Assembly: GCA_951406725.2 (NCBI GenBank)
Contig: OX597814.1
Coordinates: 28,644,001-28,708,000, forward strand
Direction of reading: 5' to 3'
Source: Octopus vulgaris
Lineage: Eukaryota
Length of the DNA stretch: 64,000 nucleotides
Positions within the stretch are counted from its first letter, which is position 1. Each line of letters begins with the position of its first letter. Below the pieces are notes generated by a model that had not been told where the DNA came from, searched no databases, and saw only the letters and a program-made list of their open reading frames with translations. Below are positions 38,601 to 55,849 of the stretch, one piece after another. The position numbers and the translations under genes were made by a program.

Positions 38601-39024
38601 TTTTTTGCATGCAATAATTTTTAAACAAACAGTTATTTCTTAATTTACAATAAATACTTTCATTTCTGTTCTTATTTCCATTTTCATTAATAGAATTACA
38701 TTCATTATTATCATTGTTGTTCATGCTTATAGTATTTAGGTTACAAATATGTGTTTGTGAGCGCGTGTGTGTGCATGTGTGTGTGGTAGATTAAGCCTTC
38801 TATTTCGCTCCTTAATTAAAGGCTTACATAAGCAGAGTACAGCAGAATAATTTTTCTAGAGTTAACGTGTTTTTCTGCTCTTTGTTGATCTCAACCTCAG
38901 ATGATATTTTTGATTTCGTTCAAGAGTTGAAGCGTTCCATGCATAGACTCTAGAAGAGTAAGACAGTTTTATCACTGTGCCTACACTGCCTTGTCTATCT
39001 TACATTTTACTCAAAGTAAATCTA

Positions 39025-39203
39025 TACTCTTTACTCTCTCTTTTTACTCTTTCTACTTGTTTCAGTCATTTGACTGCGGCCATGCTGGAGCACCGTCTTT
39101 AGTCGAGCAAATCGACCCCGGGACTTATTCTTTGTAAGCCCAGTACTTATTCTATCGGTCTCTTTTGCCGAACCGCTAAGTGACGGGGGCGTAAACACAC
39201 CAG
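39025..39203 (-). mobile_element. CORE-type SINE, 3' part
   Basis: Matches the consensus; joins the 230-bp repeat at a CCAG microhomology. Confidence 0.88.
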
Positions 39204-39441
39204 GCGCCTAATGTTCTTTTTCACATGCTCAATGTAGTCGATGGGAAGTCTGTCTAGGCTTCCTTAGTAGTTAGAGAAGGACATGAGTCACCATGGCCTG
39301 TCGTCGACGACATCCTGAACAGGACGTTCTGAGCTAATAAAATAGAACGGCTAGTCTTCTCCTATCTTGTGGCTGTGCTGAAGATATTGCTTGAGAGAAG
39401 CTTATAGATTATGAAATTTCATTTTGAATATTTTTCTATAT

Positions 39442-39853
39442 TCTATTCTTTTATTCTTTTACTTGTTTCAGTCATTTGACTGCGGCCATACTGGAGCACC
39501 GCCTTTAGTCGAGCAAATCGACCCCGGGACTTATTCTTTGTAAGCCCAGTACTTATTCCATCGGTCTCTTTTGCCGAACCGCTAGGTGACGGGGACGTAA
39601 ACACACCAGCATCAGTTGTCAAGCAATGCTAGGGGGACAAACACAGACACAAAAACACACACACATACATATATATATATATACATATATACGACAGGCT
39701 TCTTTCAGTTTCCGTCTACCAAATCCACTCACAAGGCATTGGTCGGCCCGGGGCTATAGCAGAAGACACTTGTCCAAGATGCCACGCAGTGGGACTGAAC
39801 CCGGAACCATGTGGTTGGTTAGCAAGCTACTTACCACACAGCCATTCCTACGG
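39442..39853 (-). mobile_element. CORE-type SINE
   Basis: Matches the family consensus. Confidence 0.92.
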
Positions 39854-41239
39854 GCTTGTTTTTTTTTTTTTTTTGTTCCGTACCATACAATGTTCTTTGG
39901 CCTTAGTAGCCAATAAAAGAATATTAGTTACTGCTAGATTAGTTGCCACAATTGGTAGATTGTGTTTGACGTAAAATAGATTTGTTGTTTTTATTTCAGC
40001 TGACCATTGTCCACATAACAATAAACGTGACCGTTACTGTTAGACACGCATTTCTTTACTTCGTTCATTCCTGATGGTGGGCGTTTGTGCTTGAAATATT
40101 AAAGCTTGCTAAATTTTTCCGTTTTCGCATTCTCAGAGGCCCTCCATCCTCATTACTTTGTTCTTTTACATCTTTATCAAAATGCCTCAAGCAAGCTAAA
40201 ACATTGTTATTGTTAGTGAAGGTCATGTCTACAGATATTCTATAGAAATTATAGCCTGCACTGAATATTGTTACGACGTTTGGTATCCGAGACGTCAGAT
40301 GCTGGCTATAATCTCTATAGAAAATCTGTAGAGATGACCTTAACAAGTGATTTAAGTGCACTGCTAATACAGGAGTACGCGGTATTGACTTATAAAAGCG
40401 TTTAATATCCTTTGTAGCATATTATAGTTGCATAACGAAATAGTGGGTGCCTACAAGTCATTGTTATTATTGGTCAACTCGAGATCAATCCTGATCAAGC
40501 ACACTTATGATTATAGAGGTTCCATTTATCACCCACCCGTCTTATTTAAATACAATGTAAGACTACGTTATCCAATGTGATTTCCCTTTTTTAAAAAAAA
40601 AATGTGCTTTGAGAGAGATTTGGTTGCTATTTCTAGTAGGTCGAGTAACAACGTAGAGGCTCCCTTGCTGGCTTTTATTATTATTGTTGTTATTTTAACG
40701 GTGGTGGTGGTGGTGGTGGTTCTATTTTTACTGCAGCATCCCGGCACATCTGATGTTACCTCATTTATCTAAAAGGGAACTTTTTTTTCTGTTGTTGCTG
40801 ATCCTATTACCGCTGTCATCATCGTTGTTATTGTTGTCACGATTGATGTTGCAAACGTCTCTTCTCTCCTGTATAAGCGTTGCTCTCCGGGAGGCTTTGA
40901 AGTTCAGTGCTGTGGTACTTGACGTCAACAAAACTCTTGTTAATTACACAGAACTTCTGAAACCTACATCAGTGAACTGTACCTGTTCTCTATAATGGTA
41001 TGTTATTTTAAGCCGAAGAAAGGAATGGTATCAGTAAAGTGCAGGGCCCTCTTCATACCGTGTTCTGGCAACACAGACATCACGATAAGGCAGAACCAAC
41101 TACTGGAATAGCTGTCATAATTGTTGTTGTTGTTGCTGTTGTTGATGCTGTTATTGAACGCTTCCTTGTATGTAAATATTGTTATTGTTGTTAGACCTAA
41201 GTTATCCCTTATCTAGAAACCTTATCATTTTTTATCGTT

Positions 41240-41368
41240 TTATCTTCTACATGTTTCAGTCATTGAACTATGGCCTTGCTGGAGCGCAGCCTTGAAGGGT
41301 TTTAGTCCAGAAAATACACACACGCGCGCGTTGAGCGCGCACGCACAATCACACACACACACAATCAC

Positions 41369-41415
<47 letters not shown>

Positions 41416-41575
41416 CACACACACACATATACATTACAGGCTTCAACACAATTTCCGCTATCAAATCTGCTTACCAGGCTTTGATCGACTCGAGGCTTGT
41501 CCAAGATGCTGCACAGTAGAACTGAACTCAAGACCACATGGTCGGGAAGCAATCTTCTTTACCACACAACTACAC
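41240..41575 (-). mobile_element. Degenerate CORE-type SINE
   Basis: Recognisable tail and head motifs around a CA repeat. Confidence 0.6.
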
Positions 41576-41598
41576 CTGGGTTATTTCATCCATCCCCG

Positions 41599-41942
<344 letters not shown>

Positions 41943-42084
41943 TACCAACTTCGTCATCATCGGTGTCGTCGTCGCTGTTCTTAGTTTTCGGGGCAAATGA
42001 AAAATAAAGGCTGCAGTTTCTCTGAAACAGGTATGTTAGAAGATTCCCGGTTATTTTTCTGATTACTCACAGAATGTTAGGATG

Positions 42085-42189
42085 TTTGACGAACCGCTAA
42101 GTTACGGGGACGTAAACACACCAGCATCGGTTGTCAAGCGATGTTGGGGCGACAAATGCAGATACACAAACATACACACACATACACAC

Positions 42190-42237
<48 letters not shown>

Positions 42238-42271
42238 GACGGGCTTCTTTCAGTTTCCGTCTACCAAATCG
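42085..42271 (-). mobile_element. CORE-type SINE, internal fragment
   Basis: GAACCGCTAAGTTACGGGGACG...CTACCAAATC. Confidence 0.85.
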
Positions 42272-42335
42272 ACCGTAATTTCATAGCTAAAAGGTCTTCA
42301 AATAATAACGGTAGATATCTCCATATTATACAGGG

Positions 42336-42424
<89 letters not shown>

Positions 42425-42570
42425 ACACACGTAATGTTGCTCTAAAACAGATTTAGGATATTCTCTCGTATGTTTCGTCTCAAAATATCGAATTGTTTGG
42501 TGAAAATAGAGAGCTAGCAGAGAGAATGAGGGATATATATGTATGTATATATACAGCTAGCTAGCTAGAT

Positions 42571-42626
<56 letters not shown>

Positions 42627-42693
42627 CCTTTTGGTGGGGTGGAGCAACTCTAGCAGGACCAATGGCCTGGGTTTGAAGTGATTAGTCTTTGAT

Positions 42694-43106
42694 AGGCGCA
42701 GGAGTGGCTGTGTGGTAAGTAACTTGCTAACCAACCACATGGTTCCGGGTTCAGTCCCACTGCGTGACATCTTGGGCAAGTGTCTTCTGCTATAGCCCCG
42801 GGCCGACCAATGCCTTGTGAGTGGATTTGGTAGACGGAAACTGAAAGAAGCCTGTCGTATATATGTATATATATATATGTATGTGTGTGTGTTTTTGTGT
42901 CTGTGTTTGTCCCCCTAGCATTGCTTGACAACCGATGCTGGTGTGTTTACTTCCCCGTCACTTAGCGGTTCGGCAAAAGAGACCGATAGAATAAGTAGTG
43001 GGCTTACAAAAAAAGAATAAGTCCCGGGGTCGAGTTGCTCGACTAAAGGCGGTGCTCCAGCATGGCCGCAGTCAAATGACTGAAACAAGTAAAAGAGTAA
43101 AAGAGT
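42694..43106 (+). mobile_element. CORE-type SINE, full length
   Basis: AGGCGCAGGAGTGGCTGTGTGG...AAAAGAGTAAAAGAGTA. Confidence 0.93.
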
Positions 43107-43346
43107 ATAGCATACAATATTGCAGATGGCGTAGATTCTCGTTGTCAACCTTAGTAGGTTAGGCGACGCTCAAGAGAGAGACAAATCTTCTCGCCTCCAG
43201 GATTTATTCTTTCCACTGATTCTTCATCACCACCACCACATACATGCTCCCCCTCTTATCAGCCTCATTCCATCAACACCAACACGAGCATCATGAACAA
43301 TATCCTCACTATCAACTTCACCATCAACCCACCAACAATAAATATA

Positions 43347-43553
43347 TACTCTCTTTTCCTTGTTTCAGTCATGTGATTGTGGGTCATGCTGGAGCATCAC
43401 CGCCTTTAGTCGAGCAAATCGATCCCAGGACTTATTCTTTGTAAGCCTAGTTCTTTTTAGACGAACCGCTAAGTTACGGGGACGTAAACACACCAGCATC
43501 GGTTGTCAAGCGATGTTAGGGCGACAAATACAGATACACAAACATACACACAT

Positions 43554-43615
<62 letters not shown>

Positions 43616-43778
43616 GACGGGCTTCTTTCAGTTTCCGTCTACCAAATCCTCTCACAAGGCTTTAGTCAGCCCGAGGCTATTGTAGAAGACACTTGCCCAA
43701 TGTGCCACGTAGTGGGACTGAACCCGGAGCCCTGTGGTTCGTAAGCAAGTTACTTACCACACAGCCACTCCTACGCCT
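43347..43778 (-). mobile_element. CORE-type SINE, full length
   Basis: Matches the family consensus. Confidence 0.9.
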
Positions 43779-43992
43779 ATATTATAGTATTATTGTTATT
43801 GTTTGTCTCAGTGTAAGCCCTAAATGAGTACTCAGTGTAAGCCCCTAAATGAGTAAGCCCTAAATGAGTACCATCACGCCTGGTTCCCAGGCAAGATTAA
43901 CTAATGCGAGAATGAGACTTTTGGTTTGCATTTCTAGGTCGAGAGGCTGCTTACAGACTTGTTTGTTGGCTCATAGAATGATGACAACGGCA

Positions 43993-44090
<98 letters not shown>

Positions 44091-44603
44091 GATGATGATG
44101 ATGAAAGGAAAGGAGAAGGAGGAAGAGGGCTGTCACTGTTCACACAATCAGACACAAGGTTAGCTTTGTGAATACTGAAGCTATTGACCTAAGGAATTGC
44201 AAAAAGGTCACGGCAACCGCTTCGCCCAGTAAGAACAAACACACCAAAACTGAAACTGCTAGCAAGCAGTCCATACATGTGTTGTTACTGCACCCACTTG
44301 CACTTCTTATGCAAATATATACAAAGGGTCACAAGCATACATTGAGTATGAAATTGGTGCCACAGACTGAACATCAAGCAGCTCGAGTTGTTGAGTTCGT
44401 TTTCCTTGTATTTTTATGAAGGTGTGGTTGTGCGCTCTGACATGTTTGATGCGTTGTGAAAGAGAAACAGGTTGATACAGGCAAGTCTTGAGATGGTATC
44501 GTATCTGCTTAAATGCATTTTAATGTATTTATTCATGTTCTTCGCATACCTGTAGCTCGAATCCGATTGGAAACAATTCTGAATTTGATTCAAGCAGAGC
44601 GTT

Positions 44604-44693
<90 letters not shown>

Positions 44694-44706
44694 AAATATA
44701 TAAATG

Positions 44707-44745
<39 letters not shown>

Positions 44746-44793
44746 GATATATGTATGTGTGTATGTGCTTACATACATACATACATACATACA

Positions 44794-45429
44794 CTAGCAG
44801 TATCGCCCGGCGTTGCTCGGGTTTGTAAGGGAAATAACTATATAAGCATTTTTAGAGAGTTATAGCCAAAAAATAGCAAAAAATGCATTAAAAATGGAAA
44901 AAATATGATGGTAAATTTTTTTTAAATCGTTGACTCATCGTAGACATTTTTAGAGAGTTACTTCCCTTATATAATAGCGAAAAAATGCATTAAAATGGAA
45001 AAAAAACGATGGTAAATTTTTTTTTAAATCGTAGACTCATGTAGACGCTTTCTTAGCCATTTCTGTTTTGGTGTCTTCAAGCCATGAAGTCGTTGTTCTA
45101 AAAGAACACTGGTCTCCTTGACAACGCATTACGACGTTGATTTCCTTACACTCCCTTCCCCACAGGTGCAGGTGTGAGCGTGGACTCCAACTCCGCCGCC
45201 ATCGACACACGAAAAATTATGCATTAAAATGGAATAAAAAATGATGTTAAATTATTTTTAAAATCGTAGACTCATCGTAGACGCGCGCTAATATTCAGAC
45301 GGGCTCGATATGAATCACGACTATAAGCTACCCGAATTTGGTTAAACTGTACCGCAAAATGTGGGAGTAGTTAGGAATCTAAATCGAAGGGGACAGACAC
45401 TCACACAACTACAGTTTTATATATATAGA
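44794..45429 (-). mobile_element. Non-autonomous Helitron, long variant
   Basis: rc reads A|TC...CCCGAGCAACGCCGGG hairpin...CTAG|T; no TSD. Confidence 0.85.
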
Positions 45430-45479
45430 TATACATAGCGCAGTAGTGGTGAGATATGACAGCAAAGAAAAGCATACAT

Positions 45480-45800
45480 TCACTCTCTGCATGCAATTAG
45501 ACTCGGAAAGTTCGTGAGGAACCCATTGACCCAATTTGCTGACTTTCCGATAGCACACAGGTGTCAATGAATGGTTGAATGACCAAATCCAAGCTTCTCT
45601 GCTACTTCCTCAACAGTTACGATGATATTTTGTTCCACCAGGGTTTTCAGGATGTCCTTGTCGAGTTCTACAGATCTTTCAGGATGAGGCTCGTCTTCTA
45701 GGCTGTAGTTTATGGCTCGGGATTTCTGGAACCACCATTGACACTGCCTTACGCTTATTGTCCAATCCCCATATACTGCATTAATATTTCTTGTACTTTG
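45480..45800 (-). mobile_element. Mariner transposase N-terminal fragment
   Basis: NINAVYGD...QWWFQK...LEDEP...VEEVAEKLGFGHSTIH, followed by WVPHEL. Confidence 0.85.
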
Positions 45801-46260
45801 CACACATTTATATTCTGTTATTCTTTTATATGTTTCAGCCTTGAGGTTGTGGCCATGCTGGATCATGTGTGTGTGTGTGTGTGTGTGTGTCTATCTGTCT
45901 GTCTGTCTGTATGTATATATATGTATATGTATGTGTGTGAACAATAATATTTTCAACAGATGTGTTGCAAATGTATCTGATTGTTCTCAAGCTTCAATAC
46001 TGTGTGTGTGTGTATGTGTGTGTGTGTATGTATGTATGTATATGTATGTATATATGTATATGTGTGTATGTATGTATGTGTGTATGTATGTATGTGTGTG
46101 TGTATGTGTGTGTGTATGTATGTATGTATGTATGTATGTATGTATGAGTGTATGTTTACTTTATTACTAATTACTCTCTTCCAAGAACATTTTCACTCAC
46201 TCTTAGCTCTTAGCTTCCCATACATTTTACTCATGTATCTATCATCGTCATAGACAGAAT

Positions 46261-46567
46261 ACTTTCACTTTAGTCTTCCTCAAATCACTGTCTATTTACT
46301 TTCATTTTATTCGTTGCCCACTGTGTGTGTGCGTTTGCGTGTGGTGTAAACCAGACTAAGAAAAGCATTTGACACACACACCAGAATGTTAGTTTTCTGT
46401 AAATTTTGCTTAATTGGAGTTTAAATTTTAAAAACTGGACCTGGCATGACATGATGCATTGTACTCTCAAAAATGCTAGGTAAATTGTAATTGAAGAAAT
46501 CCTATATTGTAGATTTGTATAACTCCCAAAGGGAGGCAGATAAAATCTGCCTTTTATAATAAGAGAT
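46261..46567 (-). repeat. 310-bp repeat (copy 2 at 48028-48338), possibly the 5' end of a second Helitron family
   Basis: Two similar copies; rc begins A|TCTCTTATTATAAAAG, resembling the TCTTTATATATAAAAG start of the other Helitrons. Confidence 0.55.
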
Positions 46568-46571
46568 ACAT

Positions 46572-46633
<62 letters not shown>

Positions 46634-46784
46634 GTGTGTGTATATATATACAAATTGAGATAGGGGTTGTAAATGCAACCCACCATGGGATACCATATAT
46701 CCAATATACTGCTAGTGAGGTACCCAACAAAGTTAATACATAAATGTTAAGAATTGCGATACAATTAATTCATTTATATATATA

Positions 46785-47167
46785 CTAGCAGTATCGCCCG
46801 GCGTTGCTCGGGTTGTAAGGGAAATAACTATATAAGCATTTTTAGAGAGTTATAGCCAAAAAATGCATTAAAAATTGAAAAAAAATTAAGGTAAATATTT
46901 TTTAAATCGTTGACACATCGTAGATATTTTTAGAGAGTTACTTCCCTTATATAAAAGCGAAAAAAATGCATTAAAATGGAAAAATATGATGGTAAATTTT
47001 TTTTAAATCGTAGACTCATCGTAGACGCACGCTAATACCCAGAAGGGCTCGATATGAATCACGACTATAAGATACCCGCTTTTGGTTAAACTGCACCGCA
47101 AAATGTGGGAGTAGTTAGGAATCGAAATCGTAGGAGACAGACACACAACTTCACTCTTATATAAAGA
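46785..47167 (-). mobile_element. Non-autonomous Helitron
   Basis: Same TC and CTAG termini, 3' hairpin, A|T target. Confidence 0.88.
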
Positions 47168-48575
47168 TGCTTTTTTTTTTCAGTCATAGAGTTAGATTTA
47201 TGAAGGTCTTCAGTAGAAAATCCTTCGAATTCTGACTCGCTGCTTGATATAATGAAATTCGTATCCATTTTTTGTCAGAATTACAAATTTTGAAAACACA
47301 ATAGGAACAAATTTCGGAAAAAAATCTCCCATAATTCACGGAATTAAAATTACACTTCGATTTTTGTACAAAACTGTAGTTGGAAGTGTTTACGAAGTAT
47401 AATACGTGTTTTCACGAACGTACTAAAGAGATTTGCTCTGATATTCTCATTTAAATATGAATAGGTAAATTCGGGCGGCTTGGTAACTATATATAAGTGT
47501 CGTCTGTTTATACATAAACACTGTTTCATACTGCAATTATGTATACATATATCTATATATAATATTATATAATAAAATATATACAGAGTAAAATAAAAAC
47601 CAATTTACCTTTTCTGTCCTCCGTGTGTCTTTGCAAATGTGTTGGAATGATAAGTGAGTTGTGTTTTTGCGCCTTTTTTACTAATAACAAACACACACGT
47701 GTTTGTATGTAGTTGTATGTGTATGTAGTTGTATGTAGTTGTATATGTATGTGTATGCGTGTGTGTGAGGAATGACACACACACACTCTCGCAAGCACAC
47801 ATGTACATCAATGCTTTCGGAGTGATATGTTAAAATATTGAGTTTTCTCGAATTTTGTCTTAATTGGGGGTGAAATTGAAAGAAATATATTATGGCATGA
47901 GCGAATGGAGTACTTTGAAAAATCTTAGGTAAATTCTAATTGAAGAAATTGTGTGAGGACTAAATGGTTATGTATTTATTTGTTTCTGTTTGCTGTGTTT
48001 TTTTATTTTTTGAGTAGTGGTTTAATTACTTTCAGTTTAGGCTTCCTCAAATCACTCTGTCGCTATTTACTTTCATTTTATTCGTTGCACACTGTGTGTG
48101 TGCGTTTGCGTGTGGTGTAAACCAGACTAAGAAAAGCATTTGACACACACACAAGAATGTGAGTTTTCTGTAAATTTTGCTTAATTGGAGTTTAAATTTT
48201 AAAAACTGGACCTGGCATGACGCAATGCATTGTACTCTTAAAAATGCAAGGTAAATTGTAATTAAAGAAATCCTATATTGTAGATTTGTATAACTCCCAA
48301 AGGGAGGCAGATAAAATCTGCCTTTTATAATAAGAGATATATATGTATAGATAGATATACGTGAGTCGTCTAAGGGACCATAAGTCAGGAAAAATGCACT
48401 CGTATATCTGTCGGTAGAGTGGGTATATATTATCCGAAATGTATAGTATTAAATATCAATCACGGCTGGTTTTACCATTGTATTCTTTACGCGAAACCGA
48501 TTACTAAAACTAGCCGTGATGAATATTATATACTATACATTTCGGATAATGTGTGTGTGTGTGTTTATGTACGCA

Positions 48576-49068
48576 CAGAGTGCAGTGTATATATTGTCGT
48601 CTGTATTACACAAAAATGAAAATAATACTGACATGCCATTTTAACAGATATATTTACCAAAATTACATTAAAATATCTTGAAATACGAAAGTGTAAATTT
48701 ATTCATTAAAATCGCCATTGGCTTCATCCACGGCCTCCGACGACTTCGGAATCTCCGGCAACTCTTCTGGACGGTCTCCGTGTTTAAGTTGGTGAATGCT
48801 TCCTTAATCCTTGCCGTCAGTTCATCTTTGGTGTTACAAGAAGTTTTGTTGGTGTCTCGCTCAACTGTGTTCCACACATAATAATCAAGGGGGTTGCAGT
48901 CTGGGGAGTTAGTTGGCCAGATGTTACGGATCACAGGATGTTGTCACAGAAATTGTCTGACATCCACGACTGGGCTCACCTGCTTGTGTGGCGTGATGCA
49001 GAGTCCTGTTGCCACACATAGGGTCTTCCAGCAGTCACCCTTTTTACCTAGGGCAGCACTACCTCCTC
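48576..49068 (-). mobile_element. DD37D (maT-type) transposon, 3' half
   Basis: ORF WPTNSPDCNPLDYYVW...; TIR CAGAGTGCAGTG. Confidence 0.88.
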
Positions 49069-49099
49069 TTAATGTTTACCTCTAGCTAAATGTTTACAG

Positions 49100-49341
49100 G
49101 TGCAGCCCCATTGCATGGCACCTTGGGCAAGTTCTTTCTAATATAACCTCGGTCCGACCAAATTCTTGTGAGTGGATTTGGCAAACGAAAACTGAAAGAA
49201 GTCGTCGTATATGTGTGCGTTTGTGAGTGTGTGTATGTGTGTGCCTGTCTGTCTGTCTTTTCCTCCAAACCCACGCTTGACAATTGGTGTTGGTGTGTTT
49301 ACGACTGCGTTAGCTAGCGGCTCGGCAAAAGAGATCGACAG

Positions 49342-49345
<4 letters not shown>
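49100..49345 (+). mobile_element. Degenerate CORE-type SINE
   Basis: GGCACCTTGGGCAAG...AAACTGAAAGAAG...CGGCAAAAGAG. Confidence 0.7.
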
Positions 49346-49372
<27 letters not shown>

Positions 49373-49579
49373 TCGTATTTCTATACACATGCGCCCGCGC
49401 ACACATACATACATACATACATACATACATACGAAGAAAAATACCTTGTTGTTGATGTTGAAATTCCGATGAAGGACCCTTGGATCTAGGTTAGAAACCG
49501 GGTCTTTATTGGTAAGAAATCTTGAAATAAAATTGAATAATGACGTACATACATATGATCGCGTATGTGCATGCGTGTG

Positions 49580-49651
<72 letters not shown>

Positions 49652-49896
49652 TACGCACGCACACGTAAACACCAACAAATGCTTATGATAGTCTCACACT
49701 GTTGCAATTCTTCACTAACATATTTACTATATTTCAAGGAAGTCAAAATTGGTGGAAAAAGAGAGGAGTCTTCAATAAACAAACAGGCAAATAATAAAAC
49801 AAGCAAATAGATAAATAAATAAAAGGCAGACAGGAAATGTAATTAGAAAGAAAGATATATTCGATATTAAGAAAAGAAAAGAAAAACAAATGAAAA

Positions 49897-53135
<3,239 letters not shown>

Positions 53136-53840
53136 TGCCAAAATGCTGGTGTTTTAGCTGTTTGTCATCAGAGACGTTGAAATATCTTCTGACGAGAATT
53201 AGGAAACGTCTAATATTCAATTCGAACATGTGTGTATTCCCTTATTTAATGAACGTGACTATGGCGGCTATTGAGTCAAAAACACGTGTCTATGACTCTC
53301 TTTATATCTCCGGACAATAAGCCTAACGTTTACCATAATGTTAGATCCAAATTTGGAGAAATCTTGATTCTTGAGAGGAGGAGAGAACGAGATAAAACAT
53401 TTAAACGTTTTATATGAAATAAGACAATATCAATTCACCAGCGCCAAATAAGCGGTACCAAAACGATTGTGCTAAAATGTCTCGTGTTCTATATTTTATA
53501 TTAAATGCAACCACAGTGTATTTTACGCTTCTAAAGTGCAGTCTCTCATCATTACTTATCCGATTAAGCAATATTTACTAATGCATTATACAAACCAGTC
53601 TCTAGTACACGTTGGTCAATTAGCTTATATCTCTAAAATGTGTCAGTTATGAATTAATGCATTTGTCTTACCTTTGATGTTTGGAGTTAGAGATGGAGCT
53701 CCTACGTACACGTTTGACTTATTCGAGATTCCGGTCAAATTTTCTGAATTAACTAACACGCTATCGTCTTCCAATGATCATGGCTATGCTTTTCAACATA
53801 AGTCAGCTGAATTGAACAAGCCTGGGGTTAAGTAATAACT

Positions 53841-54290
53841 CATCATCATTGTTCGACCGTGGTCGAGACAATGGAATTTACTATGTTACGCCAGACTTCA
53901 CGGTCCATCATAGCATTACGGAGGTCCTGTTGCTGGATGCCTGTATCCCTGGAGATTACATCAGGGTAGGAGAGTGTGCGCCCTCTGGTATTGCGAGTAG
54001 ATGGCTTCCAGAGGAGAAGAGTAGAAATTACTTCTTTTTCAGCTCTACAACAATGTCCAGCAAACTGGACTCTCCTACCTTTCACAAGAGATGACACAGG
54101 TGGTAATTTCCCATATATTTGCATTTTGGTTGGATGGCGCTTCCACGAGAGATTTTGAGCTCTCATAAGGAGGCGAGTGTAGGTTCCATCCAACCGCCTC
54201 TCAAGCTTCTTTGATAACGTCCAGGTTTCTGAGCCATATAGTAGAATTGGTTCGACTGTGGCTTTGAATATTTCAAGTTTGAAGTAACAA
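53841..54290 (-). mobile_element. RTE-clade LINE 3' end
   Basis: EPILLYGSETWTL...LDGTYTRLLMRA...RRVQFAGHCCR...AMMDREVWR; TGA-repeat tail. Confidence 0.88.
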
Positions 54291-54897
54291 CTACTTATCC
54301 CTACGAAGACGTGTCTTTAATAAAAACAAATTTTCAGTCAACTATCGTCAGCCATGTTCTGCTAAGTTTCAAAACATAATAAATTCACGGATTATAAACA
54401 AAGTCATTAATCCATTGTGCTTTAGATACGCTATAATGATTTGTAAACGATTACTATATAAACAAGTGAAACTCTAGATAACAGTTCGTACATGTTGTCT
54501 TGATTTATACATAGATAATATAACTATAGAGGCGTTAGCTCGGAAATGAAAGATTGGGTCAGAGGCGAAGCGTTAATAGAGTAAGCGCTGCAGTAATTAA
54601 GCTATAGCTTTTATTGGATGAAATGGCAAGTTAATTAAAAAGACAAGGATCGGAAGACAAGTAAATTAATGACACGATTTTATACGCTGCTACCTTATAA
54701 CCTCGAAACATTGGCGAAACAGTTATCAAGGGCATTAAATGGAATAAAAAAAAAAAATTGTTTTATTTTTGTTTTTGATTTTTTAAATACAATTACGATT
54801 CTCTTAAGCAGTTTGGAAATACGAGAAAAAATAAGACGATATTTTCTATTTGACGAAAGAGAAGTGAGGTAAATTTTGTACGGAAATGTTGTTTGTT

Positions 54898-55111
54898 TAC
54901 TCTTTTACTCTTTTACTTGTTTCAGTCATTTGACTGCGGCCATGCTGGAGCACCGCCTTTAGTCGAGCAACTCAACCCCGGGACTTATTCTTTTTGTAAG
55001 CTCAGTACTTATTCTATCGGTCTCTTTTTGCCGAACCGCTAAGTTACGGGGACGTAAACACACCAGCATCAGTTGTCAGGCAATGCTAGGGGAACAAACA
55101 CAGACATACAA

Positions 55112-55144
<33 letters not shown>

Positions 55145-55316
55145 CATATATACAACAGGCTTCTTTCAGTTTCCGTCTACCAAATCCACTCACAAGGCAT
55201 TGGTCGGCCCGGGGCTATAGCAGAAGACACTTGCCCAAGATGCCACGCAGTGGGATTGAACCCGGAACCATGTGGTTGGTTAGCAAGCTACTTACCACAC
55301 AGCCACTCCTGCGCCT
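54898..55316 (-). mobile_element. CORE-type SINE, full length
   Basis: Matches the family consensus. Confidence 0.93.
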
Positions 55317-55411
55317 CCTCTTTTTCTTTCTTTCTTTCTTTCGTTCTTTCTTTCTTTCTTTCGTTCTTTCTTTCTTTTTTCTTTCTTTCTTTCTTCCTTA
55401 AAGGTCTACTG

Positions 55412-55748
55412 CTGTGATTCCCAACCATTTTTTAAATCTATGGGCTCCTTTGATTACAATTGTATTCTGGTGGACCCTAATTGCCATTCGATGTTTAAAA
55501 TCTAGCTTTATAGATACTTCTTTCAGAATTGTTGCTTTTTCACGCTTGAGTTGGTTGGAACTATGTAAAAAGATCAGAGAAAAAAAATCTAGCAGTTTTT
55601 TGCTATAGATACATCTAAACCGAAATTTTATCCTGGAGACTTAATATAGAACTGTGGACCCAATTTACTATTTTGCGCGCGTGGACCCCCCCCCCCCATC
55701 TTATACGGAACCCCAGGAGTTATAAAAGACCCCCGTTGAGAACCACTG
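55412..55748. mobile_element. hAT/Charlie-type MITE
   Basis: CTGTGATTCCCAACC and GTTGAGAACCACTG inverted termini. Confidence 0.55.
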
Positions 55749-55849
55749 GTCATCCTTAACTGGTAACATTGATGTCATTAATGTTCCGATTGAACGCTTA
55801 TTCGCCAAAACCAGTGAGAAAGATATGGGCAGGCAGGTATTTCTAGAGG

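Noticed and set aside
40753-40995. Protein-coding exon (ORFs on both strands)
   Set aside because: Low-complexity, no recognisable motif and no convincing splice sites.
49465-49515. Hammerhead-like CCGATGA...GAAACCGGGTC
   Set aside because: The core has U4C, and helices I and II pair poorly; at best a decayed pLTR ribozyme.
53185-53220. Hammerhead-like CTGACGA-GAATTAG-GAAACGTC
   Set aside because: Core letters are present but no helix II can form and helix I is offset; unsupported without homologues.
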